Origin: Azolla caroliniana
Taxonomy: Eukaryota; Plantae; Polypodiophyta
Direction: 5' to 3'
Assembly (NCBI GenBank): GCA_043228905.1
Contig: JBHGNT010000009.1
Span: forward strand, 16,244,001 to 16,308,000
Length of the DNA: 64,000 bases
The position numbers and the translations under genes are program-made. Position 1 is the first letter of the stretch; each line of letters opens with the position of its first letter. The notes below the pieces were generated by a model. It was given only the letters and a program-made list of their open reading frames with translations. It was not told the origin of the DNA and did not search any database. This document shows, in pieces, positions 51,001-64,000 of this stretch.

Positions 51001-53947
51001 TGGGCCACAAGAGCCTCTGCGCAATCAAAGCACATCTCGACCAAGTCCGACGCTAGACAAAGGGAAGGAGAAAATGCTAGAGTATGAAGACGATCACTTC
51101 GACGGCAACGAATTGATTTACTCCCTCGATAGTGAATTCGAAGGCCTTGACATCCAGACAAATGGAGCGAAGAATGCCTTAGTATCCGCAAACGAGAAGC
51201 CCCACCAATCCACTCGTGAAAAGAACCCCGTAAGCCGATTCGGCTACAATGATTATATGGCGTACCATTACGCCTTTATTGTTGGGAAATTAGTCCCTCC
51301 GGATGGGACCCGGTGAGAACCGGAAGAGGTCTGGAAACTGGAGGAGACCTGGTGAGAACCGGAAGAGAGCCGGTGAGAACCAGAAGAGAGACATATCTAT
51401 AAATATGTTTTTTGAGTGAGCCTATTGAGGCTATATTTGTAAATAGCCCTAAGTTCATATAAGTATAATTATGACTTAGGGCAATCACTTTATTGGACGT
51501 AGTTGTTGTTGTTGATATATTGTTGTATAGAGAGAGCAACAGAGAGAGTGTGAGATATAGAGAAATACTCTGTTGTAACCCTGGTTGGTGAAGAAACAGA
51601 GCTCGAGGTCGTTGCCTCCGAGTCTCTGATTGTGCCCTTTTTCTTTCATAATGATAGTTGGAGTCTGTGGGCTCCCGTGGTTTTTTTCCATTCAGGGTTT
51701 TTCACGTAAACATCCCGTGTACTCTCTTTGTGTGCACGTCTATTCCCATTCCTGTGTTGCACTCTTATCGAAGTGATTCAAGACTCGGTTGTGGCCGAGA
51801 AGTATTCGGCGCTATTCCTCTCATTTATGATGAAGGTAGCGACAGTACAGGAGCCGGAAGCGTTTTCCGAACCCGTGAAGGACCCCAGATGGGTTGAAGC
51901 GATGAATGAGGAGATGCAAGCACTCTCCAAAAACAAGACATGGGATCTTGTCCCCCACTCACCACACAAGAAGGTGATCGGCTACGGATGGATCTACAAG
52001 GTGAAGTATAACGCTGATGGCTCCGTGAACTGCTATAAAGGTCGACTAGTAGCAAAAGGATACGCACAGATGGATGGAATCGACTACGAAGAGACATTTG
52101 CCCTGGTGGCAAAGATGATGACTGTGCGGACCGTGATCGCACTCATAGCGATGAAAGGGTGGCACCTCCACCAAATGGATGTCAAGAACGTCTTTCTTTA
52201 AGGCGAATTAGAAGAGGAGGTGTACATGGTACAACCACCCGGCTTCGAATCTAGCATTCATCAGATAGTCGTATGCCAACTCAAGAGCCTCTCTACAGCC
52301 TCAAGCAAGCACCGTTTGCTTGTCATTCGAATATTACGCAATATCTTCATCAAATCGGCTTTCGAATGTCGAAATCCAACAACTCCCTCTATGTATGAAA
52401 TGACTCTAGAAGCTCAATTGTCATCATCCTATACGTGGATGATTTGGTCATTGGAGGAGAAAGTTTAGTCAACATCAACAAGGTGAAATCCCTCCTCTCC
52501 AACAAATTCGAGTTGACAGACATGAAGGAACTTCATTACTTCCTAGGCATCGAAGTAATTCGAATTCCGACCGGCATTATGATCTCTCAACGACACTACA
52601 TTCTCAACTTATTATACAAGTTCGGGATGACAAACTGCAAATTAGTGGCAACCCCTCTCGATTGAAACATCAAACTATATGTCGACTCTAGCGCAAACGA
52701 GTGTGAGACAACTCAATATCGACAACTGATCAGGACCCTCATCTAGCTCATGATCACTCGACCCGACTTCAACTATCCTATCGGCCTCCTTAGCCAATTC
52801 ACGCAAACTCCGCGAGATATCCATTTCGATTGTGCTAAGCGAGTATTACGATACGTGAGTGGCACAATGGATTACGACATCCTCTACACATCAACCACAC
52901 CAATTCGACTTGAAGGGTACACGGATGCCGATTGGGACGGCTACAGAGCTGATCAATGATCGATGAGCAATATCTTGGAGTAGTAAGAAGCAGCCTAGCG
53001 TCGCACTTTCGAGTATGAAGACCGAATACAGGGGCAAAGCGGTAGCTGCATGTGAAGCTGTATGGCTCAAGAGGATTTTGAAGGATTTGGGCGTTCCCAT
53101 CAAGGATCCGACTCCCATTTACTGCGACAACATGGGCAGTATATATCTGGCTCCGAACCTGGTGTTCCACGCACAAAGCATATCAAAGTGCACTACCACT
53201 TCATTCGAGAGCGTGTTCAAGCTGGAGATGTCTATCTTCTACACATCAACACGAATCTTCAGACAGTTGGCATCTTCACCAAGGCCCTAGGAGCTGACAA
53301 GCTTCAACAATTCATGTCAAACCTTGGATTGACGATTTCTGACTTGTCAAGCTTGAGGGGGAATAAAAGTGAGAAACGAATACCGTCCAAACCGGGTACG
53401 AGCCGAAGCAGACACCGGAGATTGTCCTAACTGGATACCTGTCGAAGAGGACATCAATCAAAAGGAACCGACCCAAGTTGAGCTTGAGGGGGCGTGTTGA
53501 GAATCAAGCTCAACATAGTGCAATGTGTGAACACTCCTTTTGAGAATTTATGATTACTCAAAGGTCAAGAGTCACACCACTATCGCACTACACATTAACT
53601 ATGTGTCATAGAATCATATTCTATGACACATAACTAATGAGTTACATATTCCCCATGACTATAAGTTATCACATTCCCCAAGAGAGAGTGGTGGTTGTAG
53701 TTAGTTAATGAAGATAGAGGGTGACTATATATAAGGCACCCTTCTCCTACTTTATACTAAGTTGGTTGTGACTCCTTGTAATGCTACATTTTTGTATCTC
53801 TTACTTTACTTGTGAATATACACCTTCTTCTTGAGTATTCCTTTTTCTATCTATCTTGTGTTCTCTATTCTCTCCTCTAATTCCTCTCACACATACACAT
53901 AACACACATCTCTTCCGCTACACAAGAATCATACCCGATTCTTTACA
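48041..53947 (+). mobile_element. Copia C: full-length degenerate Ty1/Copia element
   Basis: LTRs 48041-48488 and 53495-53947, TSD GTTCT, PBS TGGTATCAGAGC at 48489-48500, PPT TTGAGGGGGCG. Fragmented gag-pol. Confidence 0.96.
51280..51823 (+). mobile_element. Solo LTR with TSD TTTAT, same family as 19174-19928
   Basis: TTTAT|TGTTGGG...CTCTCA|TTTAT. Shares TTGAGGCTA.ATTTGTAAATAGCC, TATGACTTAGGGCAA and CTCGGTTGTGGCCGAG. The host rejoins as YHYAF-MMKVA. Confidence 0.92.
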
Positions 53948-54309
53948 GTTCTTTTAAAGAGTCGCAATGTTAGGCACATTCTCCCTTGATATCTAGTATG
54001 TGTCCTTGGTTAGATCATACCCCCCAAATGCAACACATTATCGCAACATAATTGTGACACATGGTGTCTAGGGCAAAATGATTGTCAACACTTCTTGTCT
54101 TGGGATAAGTTTCCAACTCTTTAAATCTAATATGGCGCCCATTGAGTAGTCTTCATATGAAGTTATGAATGAGCATTCCACTACGTTGATGATTAAACCA
54201 CACAATCACCATTTTTTATGTTGTATTGGATTTGCAAATGTGTCAAATCTTGTTTGATAAAACCAACCTCCTCATTTGTGCATGTGCATAATCTATTTCA
54301 AGGAAGCTG

Positions 54310-54528
54310 TTCTATTCAAAATGATATAATAGTCAAATAATTTTGGTGTAAAAGTATTTTTGAATTTAAATGTCCAATCATTTGTGCATCTAGAGTTCCT
54401 TTGTGAAGAAATAACCTTTTCTATTCAAAATGGTATAATAGTCAAATAATTTAGGTATAAAAGTATTTTTCCATTTAAATGTCCAATCATTTGTGCATCT
54501 AGAGTTCCTTTGTGAAGAAATAACCTTT
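54310..54528. repeat. Tandem duplication of a ~110-bp unit
   Basis: TTCTATTCAAAATG...GAAGAAATAACCTTT occurs twice. Confidence 0.85.
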
Positions 54529-57356
54529 CACATGTAAGTTTTTAGCAATCCAGTATTCCCTTGTACTAAGGTATTGTTAGTTAAATATCCTTCTAAAGCA
54601 CACTATGTATTAAGAAGGGTCAAAGTTGTTTTCTTGACATTGTTTCAATGCCCAATACAAAAATGAAAGTCTCCATGATGTGAAAATTTTAAAGTTTATA
54701 TGGTCCCTAGGTTGTGGGGACTATATGTGCTCTACAGTTACAATGAACGATAAAGATAATAAAAACAATGTCTAGTTGGGCCAACATGAAAAAGCTTATT
54801 AGATCATTTGATATTCTCTTTAGGGTTTTCATTTCCTTAAGGTTAGCAATAATACCCGATTAGATAAGCACAAAACTTGTCGAATGGGGTATGCGTGAAG
54901 AAGCATATCAGCGACAATTTTCACATAATTGGTTGGTTGGTTAAGAGGGTTTGCATTTTTTTTTGAGATTGCCAATGTGTATCTTGTCTTTTTAATCATT
55001 TATCACATTTGCTAGTTTTGTCTTAAGCCAATGTTATTATTTTCAAACCCTACGTCATGAAAAATGATTCGTAAACGGTAAAGCCAAGAAAATGCTAGTA
55101 TGTATTGTCTCAAACTAATAATATCAAAAGTTTAAGTATTATAAAGGTTCAACTAATATCACCACGACGACTTATTAAGAATTTCAATTAGACAAGCTTT
55201 GGAATCTAACGCAATAGTTTTTTAAATCAAATTTGTTAGCATGTCCTGTATTATTTATAAACGCAATCCTTTCACGTTGTGCTTTACAATTCTTTGGAAT
55301 CTAGAAGCAATAGTTTCTTAAATCAAATTTGTTAAAATGTCTTGTATGATGTATAAATGCAAACCTTTCATGTTGTGCTTTACCATGCAATTTCTTATTA
55401 CATGTTCTATTTGTGTTTAATATGATAAGAAAAAGAATATTCATTGGGCATTCTCTAATGTGGAAGGGTTCAATGTTAATCTAAACATATCAATTAATAA
55501 CACAAATTACTCTATGTTAATTTTCACAATAAACATATGATCATCAATTCCTTGCAATAATTGAATCGCTTATAATTAAACCCCTTATTGAACAAGCACC
55601 AACAGGTTATTATTGATGCATCATTAAATTTATCTTGTTGATTGCCAACAAGGTGAATTATAGGTAGGCATGAAGTAGTTATAGCCTTGCACCAAATCCC
55701 ATATGGACGTGACAAGAACTAGAGTATGGAAATGTAATGTGTATGTATGATAGACAAAAGTATATGTTTTCTTTTATTATCTTGGAGAGCTTTCCCGTGG
55801 CTAGGTTGACTATAAAATGAATATCATGACATTAAAATATTAACTACTTTGACAAGTCAATCTCTAAATAGTCTATGAACCCATATACCTGTACATTGAA
55901 TTGTCCATACTTATGCATTATACATATATGAATGCATACTAAAATGAGTTTACCTTTGAAAAAAGTTGCTAGAACTATAATCCTTTGGTGGGACAAATGA
56001 CAAACAACCACACACAGTGATATGAGTCATGACTCTACATTTAACCATCCACTATTTGGTCATTTGCCCCCATGCCCTAGCTTTTTTCCTGATGTTTCTT
56101 GAGGGCTATATATTGGCAACTAAGTCAGCACATAATGCACAAATATGATGCTAGGACTATCTTAGTCTTCACATTATCTCAACCTTGATGAAATGTGGTC
56201 GATCTAGGAAACAATTTCTGGAAACTTTTTGGCAAAGGGTAATTATATCTTTCCTAGTGGTTGTTGACTCACCATCACCCCACAATTTCATGAGGAACAT
56301 ATGATAAATACCATGACATGTTTGTTTTTCATGTACATCATATATTCCTGCATCTAGTTTAACTTGGTATGTTTATTAGGCATTTTGGTTTGAGATTCCC
56401 AAACCAATATGTATGTTCAAACCCCTCAAAATACTCTTCTTAAAATGATTGGACATAAAGTTTGGATGAAGCTTATTATACAAAGGTAAATCCAACTTCA
56501 AAATTCACCTCTTCAATTTGTTTCAAAATTGCAAATGGCCCATAGGAACGTCTTGACAACTTTGGAACTTTTCCAATCTTGAACATCTATAAAATTTGAG
56601 GCTCACACCTTCATCAAATGATACACCTTTTACCTTAAACTCCTCTAAAATTTGAGGGTCACAACATCTAAATTCCCCTCTCCAACTTGTTTCAACATTG
56701 CAAATGGCTCATAGGAATGTATTGATAACTTTGAAACTTGTCCAATCTTAAACACCTCTAAAGTTTGAGGGTTACACCTTTCACATATGTGTGCTTTTTG
56801 TAATGATTTTGCACATGTTGGACATCGCGATGCTCGATATCCAACATTTATTGATGATCTTCAAGGTCCAATATATTGGGTACTCACTACAAGTGCATGG
56901 ACTATATATCCAAATACTTGATTTACAAGTTTACTTCGATAATTGTCCTCAAAATGATACAATTATACTAAATGACAAAACCATGCTCATAAACTGATAT
57001 CTGATAAATTTTCTAATCTTCATCTACCCAAATAGAGTCATATAACTTTTGTGGTGGTTGATTGGCTACCCAAAAACTACCTTGACAAACATGGTATTGA
57101 TGGATCATTAATGCATGCCTTGATCCAAATGGGTCTTTATTCCCAACAAATTTTTATTAAAGAGAGCACAAACTTGAGATGAATGACATGATCCATCTAA
57201 AAATTTATTCCAACATGAGATACTTACATGAATGAATGTGGGATTCTATCAATTGGATGATTTTGTTTCTCATTGTGTGTACATATTGTAGCCCTGGAGA
57301 AAGAATAAGAATCCAAGACGAATTTGTGAAATTTGCTAGTTTATACAGACCTTCCT

Positions 57357-59423
57357 CTATGGTGAATCAGAATGAGGGCTTTTAAGTGGGGATAGGATGG
57401 GACAAAGTCCATCCAAGATAGATATTAAGTCGACCATTGTAGGTCTAGAGCTAGGGGATTCACTCACACACAAGATGGCCAAACTAAGGGCCTTGTCGAT
57501 ATATTCAGGCCAAAGGCATGATTGAAGGACAAAGGGATCCATGACATCCCGACCCCTTCCCTCCTTATCCATGTGCATTACATTCTCCCTCAATTTTGAT
57601 GTTGCTTTTTGGCTTGTGATGAGCTCCAACAACACCATCCCATAGCTATACACATCTGATTTCTCAGTAAAGTTCTTCTTGATTTGATTAGAATTGGCAA
57701 GCACACGAACCTCAGGTGCAACATAGTCGTGTGTAGAAACTTCATTGCCACCACTATTGTCGGAGACGATCTGAATGAGCCCAAAGTCACTCACTTTTGG
57801 GACAAATGTGTCGTGAAGAAGAATGTTGGTGGACTTGAGGTCCCTATGGAGGACTTTGTTCCCATGGAGATAGACCATGGCTTGGGCTACACCCAAGGCT
57901 ATCTTATGCCTAGTAGGCCAATCGAGGAGATGTTTCCTTTGATTGCCTTCAGTATGGAGGAGCTCCTGGAGTGTGCCAATCGGAAGGTAATCATATAAAA
58001 TCGCCTTCTCGTGAGGGCTTGAAAAAAATCCTCTTATGATGAGGAGGTTCTTATGCTTGAGAAGTGCGAGACCATCCAAGTGTTTCTCAAAGTTAGGGTG
58101 CATCTTGGCATGCTTGAAGACCTTGATGGCCATTGCCATGCCATCGGGAAGGATAGCTTTGTAGACCGTCGCAAATCTCCCTTTCCCCAATACATGCGCA
58201 GTGTCGAAGTGGCCTGCATTGGCCACTAGTTCGTCATATGCATACTTGTTGAAGCTTTGTCGATATGCAATGAATTGACCTTGTGTCTTGACATTATCGA
58301 TGCCGGAGCCAAACCAATTGTTCAATTCGTGATTCATAGGATGCCTTCTCCGATGTCGATATACAAGTGCAAACACCAGGACCAAGAGGGCAACTCCGAC
58401 TACACTAACCACGATTATGATTACAATTATTTGTTGGTTCTTCTGTTTTCCCTTCCTATGATTATCACGGTCAAGTGCTTTCGGAGGCTCATGATCGACC
58501 GCGGGTGGTTTGGGCGGTGCCACACTTGGGCACACATTCTCCAAAGGGGGGGGTCCACACAAGGAAGGATTCCCTAGGAACGAGGACTCGTTGAACCTTG
58601 AAATATTCGTTGACACTGGCCCTGTGAAATCGTTATACGAAAGATTCAATATCGTCAAGTTCGGAAGAACCCAGAGCGATGCCGGCACCTGACCCGAGAG
58701 CCGATTGTTGTTCACCATGAATGCACGGAGGGCACTCAGGTTCCCGATGCTGTCCGGCAATGTCCCATTGAGCCGGTTATAGGAGGCGCGGAAGGATTGA
58801 AGAGAAACGCTCGCTCCGATACCATTGGGTATAGCCCCCGTGATATTGTTAGAATCGATTTCAAAGTGTGTCAAGTTCCTCAAGTTTGCGCCGCCGAAGA
58901 GCTCCCCGGGGATGGGGCCGTCAAGGTTGTTGTGCTTCAACACGATCCGCATGAGGCTGATTGCTTCGCTCAATTGCGGTGGGATGTGCCCGGTGAGACG
59001 ATTCCTATGGAGATACAGGTATTGAAGGCTGGGGAGGTTGTTCCAGCCGTCTGGGGGGATCCCGCCCTGGAGCCGATTCCGAGACAAATCAAGGAACGTA
59101 AGGGACCGAAACTGGTAGAGATTGGTGGGGATGTAGCCACCTAAGACGAGACCCGACAACGAGATCTCGACAACGTTCAACGTTGTGTTGTCGCAAGTGA
59201 CCCCTTTCCACCCTTTGCAGTGTGAATAAGGATCATATGACTTTGGATTGGATGAAGAGTTTGTGATGGTGATGGTCCAGCTTGACAGGCCCGCGCGGTT
59301 ATGGAAGCTTTCTTTGAGCTTGAGTAAGGCATCCATCTCTTGGGCCATCACTAACCCCTCTTGCAGAGCAATACACAAGAAGAGAGCATAGGAAGAAACA
59401 CAGAACAACAACAGTGTTACCAT
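57357..59423 (-). CDS. Leucine-rich repeat receptor-like Ser/Thr kinase, single exon, 688 aa
   Basis: Signal peptide; LRRNT cap (LSSW...CKGWKGVTC); about 8 plant-type LRRs; FLGNPSLCG..C cap; Pro-rich stalk; TM helix followed by RHRRR; kinase motifs GKGRFATVYK, AIK, HRDLKSTNILL, DFG, YVAPE, KSDVYSYG, RPTM. The ORF is uninterrupted. Confidence 0.96.
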   Translation of the reverse strand: MVTLLLFCVSSYALFLCIALQEGLVMAQEMDALLKLKESFHNRAGLSSWTITITNSSSNPKSYDPYSHCKGWKGVTCDNTTLNVVEISLSGLVLGGYIPTNLYQFRSLTFLDLSRNRLQGGIPPDGWNNLPSLQYLYLHRNRLTGHIPPQLSEAISLMRIVLKHNNLDGPIPGELFGGANLRNLTHFEIDSNNITGAIPNGIGASVSLQSFRASYNRLNGTLPDSIGNLSALRAFMVNNNRLSGQVPASLWVLPNLTILNLSYNDFTGPVSTNISRFNESSFLGNPSLCGPPPLENVCPSVAPPKPPAVDHEPPKALDRDNHRKGKQKNQQIIVIIIVVSVVGVALLVLVFALVYRHRRRHPMNHELNNWFGSGIDNVKTQGQFIAYRQSFNKYAYDELVANAGHFDTAHVLGKGRFATVYKAILPDGMAMAIKVFKHAKMHPNFEKHLDGLALLKHKNLLIIRGFFSSPHEKAILYDYLPIGTLQELLHTEGNQRKHLLDWPTRHKIALGVAQAMVYLHGNKVLHRDLKSTNILLHDTFVPKVSDFGLIQIVSDNSGGNEVSTHDYVAPEVRVLANSNQIKKNFTEKSDVYSYGMVLLELITSQKATSKLRENVMHMDKEGRGRDVMDPFVLQSCLWPEYIDKALSLAILCVSESPSSRPTMVDLISILDGLCPILSPLKSPHSDSP

Positions 59424-59494
59424 ATCTGTGGAGAAGCTTAATGTTATGTTGAAGAAGAGGCGATCGATCGCAGCAGTTCAAATGGAGACCTTGA

Positions 59495-59590
59495 TCCTTC
59501 CTTCCTTCCTTCCTTCCTTCCTTCCTTCCTTCCTTCCTTCCTATGGGCTCCAATTTTATTTATTTATTTATTTATTTATTTACTTATTTG
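59495..59590. repeat. (CCTT)n and (TTTA)n microsatellites just upstream of the kinase start codon
   Basis: Read directly from the sequence. Confidence 0.9.
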
Positions 59591-60362
59591 ATCCCCTGCA
59601 CTGATGGAGGGAGGGAGACGAAAGGCCGCTGAGCGCCTTCTTGTTTCTTTTAGAGATTTAAATGGAAAGCTCTCGAAATGGACAGATGAGAATGGAAAAG
59701 AATGAGATATAAACAGATAAGACAGACAGACAGACAGACAGATGGAAGCCAAAACGAAAGGAACCAAAAAAAAGGAGGCAAAATTTAATCCCTTGTTAAC
59801 GCCACAGAAATCTCCCTAACTGCTTCTTTCTCTCTGCTTGCTTTTATTCTTCTGTATCGTCTGTCTATGCTACAACTCTGTGTCGCTATCTCTGTGCAGA
59901 GAAAAAGAGAGAGAGAGAGACAAAGAGATGAGACAATTTATATACATATATTATATATATATATATATATTTATATTTGTAAATAAATTTTTTATTTATT
60001 TATTCCGTTTGCTTTGATTTCTTCTTCCTTCTTCTTCTGGGGGGATTTGTAAGTTACTTTGTTATTTTTCTTTCCTTCTTTTGCATTTGTACTTGTTTCT
60101 ATTTTCCTTTTTATTTCTTTATTTCTTTATTTATCGATTGATTTATTGATTTTATTGTCGTAGGTCTTGATAGAATAAATCGTAGGCGGTTTTTATTATT
60201 ATTAATTATATATAATCCTTTGAAGGTGCCAACTTTTGGTCAATCCTTTGACCGGTCAAGCCCTAAGGGATTTGACTTTTTTATGTACAGGGAATCCCTA
60301 AAAGTGTCGTTTTCCCTCTTCCTAGGGCCCTTCATTATTTTATTTTTGGGTTAATGGCCTCA

Positions 60363-60407
<45 letters not shown>

Positions 60408-63199
60408 ACCAGATATCCCCGAGCTTCCTCCAATCCATGGGCATGTTGTAGTGTCGGACATGCACTCGCAGAAAGGTCCCTCGAATCACCGCCATCCGAA
60501 CCCTAACTCGCTACACATGACGCTTCAAAGACGACACAGAAATGGCGGTCAAATGCGACCTTTTGTGCAGATCATGTACGTATAACGGTAAAAAACCTGA
60601 AGAGGCAAATATGGGCCCTCTAACTAATATCCACTAGAGATTGTTATCACGTTGGTGGTTAGTTAGGGGAAGTATGCGAAATGAACAACGTAGCATAATT
60701 CTACATGCTAGACTTTAACAATCACCAAATCAACCACCACCTTGACCAATCTCATCTGGCATCTCAAAATTTGTCCAATTTCTATTGAAGTTTGTTACAT
60801 TTCTGCTGAAATCCATTCTTTTAGGTCACCTTGTGATTAATCTAGTTGTTAAGTTACGGAAAATTCCAACATATGGTCTAATATGGGGTATTTGAGTTAA
60901 TTATGTACACTAAGCTTTATATAGAGACAAGTTTCTGTTTGTCCCCATACTCAGAAGTGTTATACATAACTTGACATTTTTTGTATTTTAACACCACTAA
61001 CACTCCAATATTCTTGATAGTGTTATTGCGATAAAATATACTTTTATTGAAACAAATGTCCAATTTAGGTTTTACTTGTCGAATAGCTTTAGAAAAAAGT
61101 AACATATATACCCTCAATGAACGGGAAATATTATCCTAATATTCCATACAAATTCCATGTACACAATAAAGTACGCGCATAAGAATGCCACTGTACACAT
61201 ACACATAGTATAATGGTCATGATGTTGACATTTGAGAGAGATAGAGTTGTATGTGTCACCTAACTCATATTCAAACATTACTTGGATCAATCTATAACAC
61301 GCCATCATTTTGTTTCATGTGAATTATATTCGGCTTTGTCAATGACAAGTTATCATTGTATTATGCATCGTCAACATCTTTCGTTAACAATGTATAAAAC
61401 CCAACATTACACCTTTCCACTTACAAGTGCAAAACTCTAGATGAAAGAGGTGGATCATGGTACAATTCACTTGGATCTAATAAAAAATACTAGGGAAAAA
61501 TATGTGCCATGATGTATGGTAAGGTGAGTGTTTGATCCATTCATACAACATTCAAAGAGGGAACATGGTCAAGACTTACTATACTAAAAGAAATAAAAAG
61601 AAAGAAACATGTGAAATATTGTATGTTATGCAAATTTTCCTTCAATTCAACTTTTTTTCTATGCTCTAGAGGAGCCATCACTCATAATGGGCCCAACCAA
61701 GTAGTTGTTTGGCATTGCGACCATTGAAAAACCAAAATGGCAACCTTGGTGCGATATCTTTTCAGTGACCCCTTGACATGTGTCCTTGGAAGTAAAGCAA
61801 AGACGATTGCCATAGAGGGCTCAACAACACTACCATTAGATGCAAGAAGCGCAACGAATGATACTCCAACAACCAACAACCAACAACCAATGTCACTCCA
61901 ACAATCATGTCACCTTGAGCTTGCTTGTGGGTGGTTCAGTCCTAGTTGGACCTCCCACAAGTGTACACCTCTCCATCACAAATCCAACTCCCTTCCTTTT
62001 CCTACAAGTTGCACATACACCTCCCCACCCCTTGGCATGCCCTTTGTCTAACCCCATCTATCCTTCACCCCAACATGTTAACCCCCCTTCCGACCTAATA
62101 AGGTATTACTCGCTCGCTCACCAATAGACTATGTCCCCCCATTCATATCCTCTAAGGTAACCTCAAGCTATCCATACTCCCCTCGCATCCACACCCTCTA
62201 TGACCATGTCCTAGATGCAACATACCCTACGTTAGCTAAGAATCCACATCCCATACCATATGCATGTGCACAACCTGTCCGAACCAATGTCAAACCCCCA
62301 ATGTTCACTAGGAGTTTCAACATACCTCAAACTCACCCATCTCATCTAACACCTCTTGTCCCCACATATTCCATTTGTCCTTTCAAAGATTCTCGATGAG
62401 ACAAAGCCAAGCGTATTTGAGGCCATCCTTTAGAGGGCATCTGGGTTCAATCAAACTCTCACCCCCCTCATGATACACCACCAATTGCCCTCGATGACTC
62501 TATCAACAACCCTACCTTTATGACCCTCAAAGATCGATCTGACACTACTCACTATTATAATGAGTTTGTTGAGCCACTCAGAGAGCAACCCCTTGGCACC
62601 ATAACTCTTTTGATGGCTCATTGGTGGGGTCAATATTCTTGCCATATGATTTAAACGTGGACAAGACAACTTATAGTTTTGCAATTGGATTCATGCCAAT
62701 TGAACTTATGGATGGACAAAGCCAATCATGCCCATTGAATGGATGATTACTTCATGAGTCACTATGCCATGGAAGGAAGAAGTGAGTCATGAAGACCTTC
62801 TCATAATAAGGATTAAGCAAATTGAGAGAAAACTTGAAGACATACAGGATGCTTTAATGTGGTTCAAGTGATCCATATGTTAAAATAAATGTCAATTTGA
62901 TAAATAAACATAAGGTTTGGCCACAAAATATTGAGAAGGGGATTGGAAATTGATCTATGGTGTGGGTCTAAGTTAAGCCTTGTCAAAGAGGCCTCGCCTA
63001 CGTCCAACGATAATGATGCGTTGTGTTGAAGTGGTATCCTCATGCTGATTACACTTCCTTCCACAACATAAAAATGCCTTGCCTACATCCAACGATAATG
63101 ATGCCTTGTATTGAAGTACTATCCTCATGCCAATTACACTTCCTTCCATACCCAAAGAGCCAACAAACCAAACTCGTTCCTCCAAAGCCGCTGACACAT

Positions 63200-64000
63200 C
63201 TAACAACTCAACAATTAAGACGAAGACCCAAGATAATCGACTTGAAGTGTATGGCCAATAGTTAGGTTGGGTGCAATTAATGTCTATGTTGTATATTTGA
63301 CTGTGCTTGCAACTTTTATACATCTCCATGAAATGGGCAATGTCCTTCTATATTCCTGGCCACCAATACTTATCCTTTGGCTTCTCGAAAGTTGTCAAAC
63401 TACCCATTTGACCTGCCCAAGAACTTTCATGGAACTTAGACACTAGAGTCACATGTTTAACCTTCTTGCAAACCACTCTCAATGACATTTCCATCCTCTT
63501 CTGTGGGTGCTTCCAAAGATATCCACACTATAGGACACTAAGAGTCATATGTTTAACCTTCTTGAAAACCACTCTCAGTGTCATTTCCATCCTCTTCTAT
63601 GGGTGCTTCTAAAGATATCCACATTGTCGGAAGTACGTTTATGCCTTCTTCTGGATTCTCTACATTTCCTCCTTAGACCACAAAATGTCCGCCGTCATTG
63701 AGCTCATGAATTTGCAGCCACTCCCCTTCATACTCAGTTTCATTGAGGGTGTTAAGCATTTGCACATTTTGTTCTTCAATAGTTGCTTGGGCTATTGTCA
63801 TGATGTTGGGAATGCACATGAGCTAAACTATGTATATATAAAAGATTGAAATACAAGGCAGAAGTATGAAAAGAAGGTCATGAGACAAGATGAAGTTAAA
63901 AATAATAGAAAGACTTAAGCTTATTCATTGAGAGCTTACACAAGGAGTGGAAGGTAAGAGGTTTGAATCTTGTAATGGACGAGAAAGTAGAGCAATGATG
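63200..64000 (-). pseudogene. Old Gypsy RNase H/integrase relic of the same lineage as the 24078-40740 element
   Basis: Minus strand gives LNETEYEG, LWSKEEM*RIQKKA, GYLWKHPQKRMEMSLRVV (duplicated ~96 bp), FHESSWAG and KYWWPG. These match GCIWRHPKKRNGIPLRVV and FHESPWAG in the larger element. Confidence 0.75.

Noticed and set aside
54600-57300. Additional exons of a host gene
   Set aside because: The region is AT-rich with no convincing ORF or splice pattern, and the kinase ORF is already complete.
60420-62950. Possible gene or gag relic upstream of the kinase
   Set aside because: The ORFs are short with no recognisable motifs; this is probably old repeat sequence that I cannot assign.

Overview
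Eukaryotic plant DNA, probably from a seed-free land plant such as a fern (inferred only from the element types). About 85% is a decayed, deeply nested transposon landscape with one intact host gene, an intronless LRR receptor-like kinase (57357-59423, minus). Left to right: the 3' end of a Ty3/Gypsy element; a full-length degenerate L1-type LINE; a Penelope-like RT element with a hammerhead ribozyme, split by a Copia element that itself carries a 189-bp satellite array; a foldback-like inverted repeat; solo LTRs; a four-level nest (Copia > Copia A > tRNA-Trp-primed Gypsy > TIR element and Copia B) resolved by target-site duplications; another full-length Copia with a solo LTR; the kinase gene; and a Gypsy relic. 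The three most unusual observations are: (1) the 189-bp satellite occurs twice with the same left terminus, TSD-like duplications, junction microhomology and a terminal inversion, as if the array itself retrotransposes; (2) a Penelope-like element with a minimal type I hammerhead and no C-terminal endonuclease; (3) a 2-kb array of about 16 palindromes inside an unclassified TIR element. All coordinates were read by eye.
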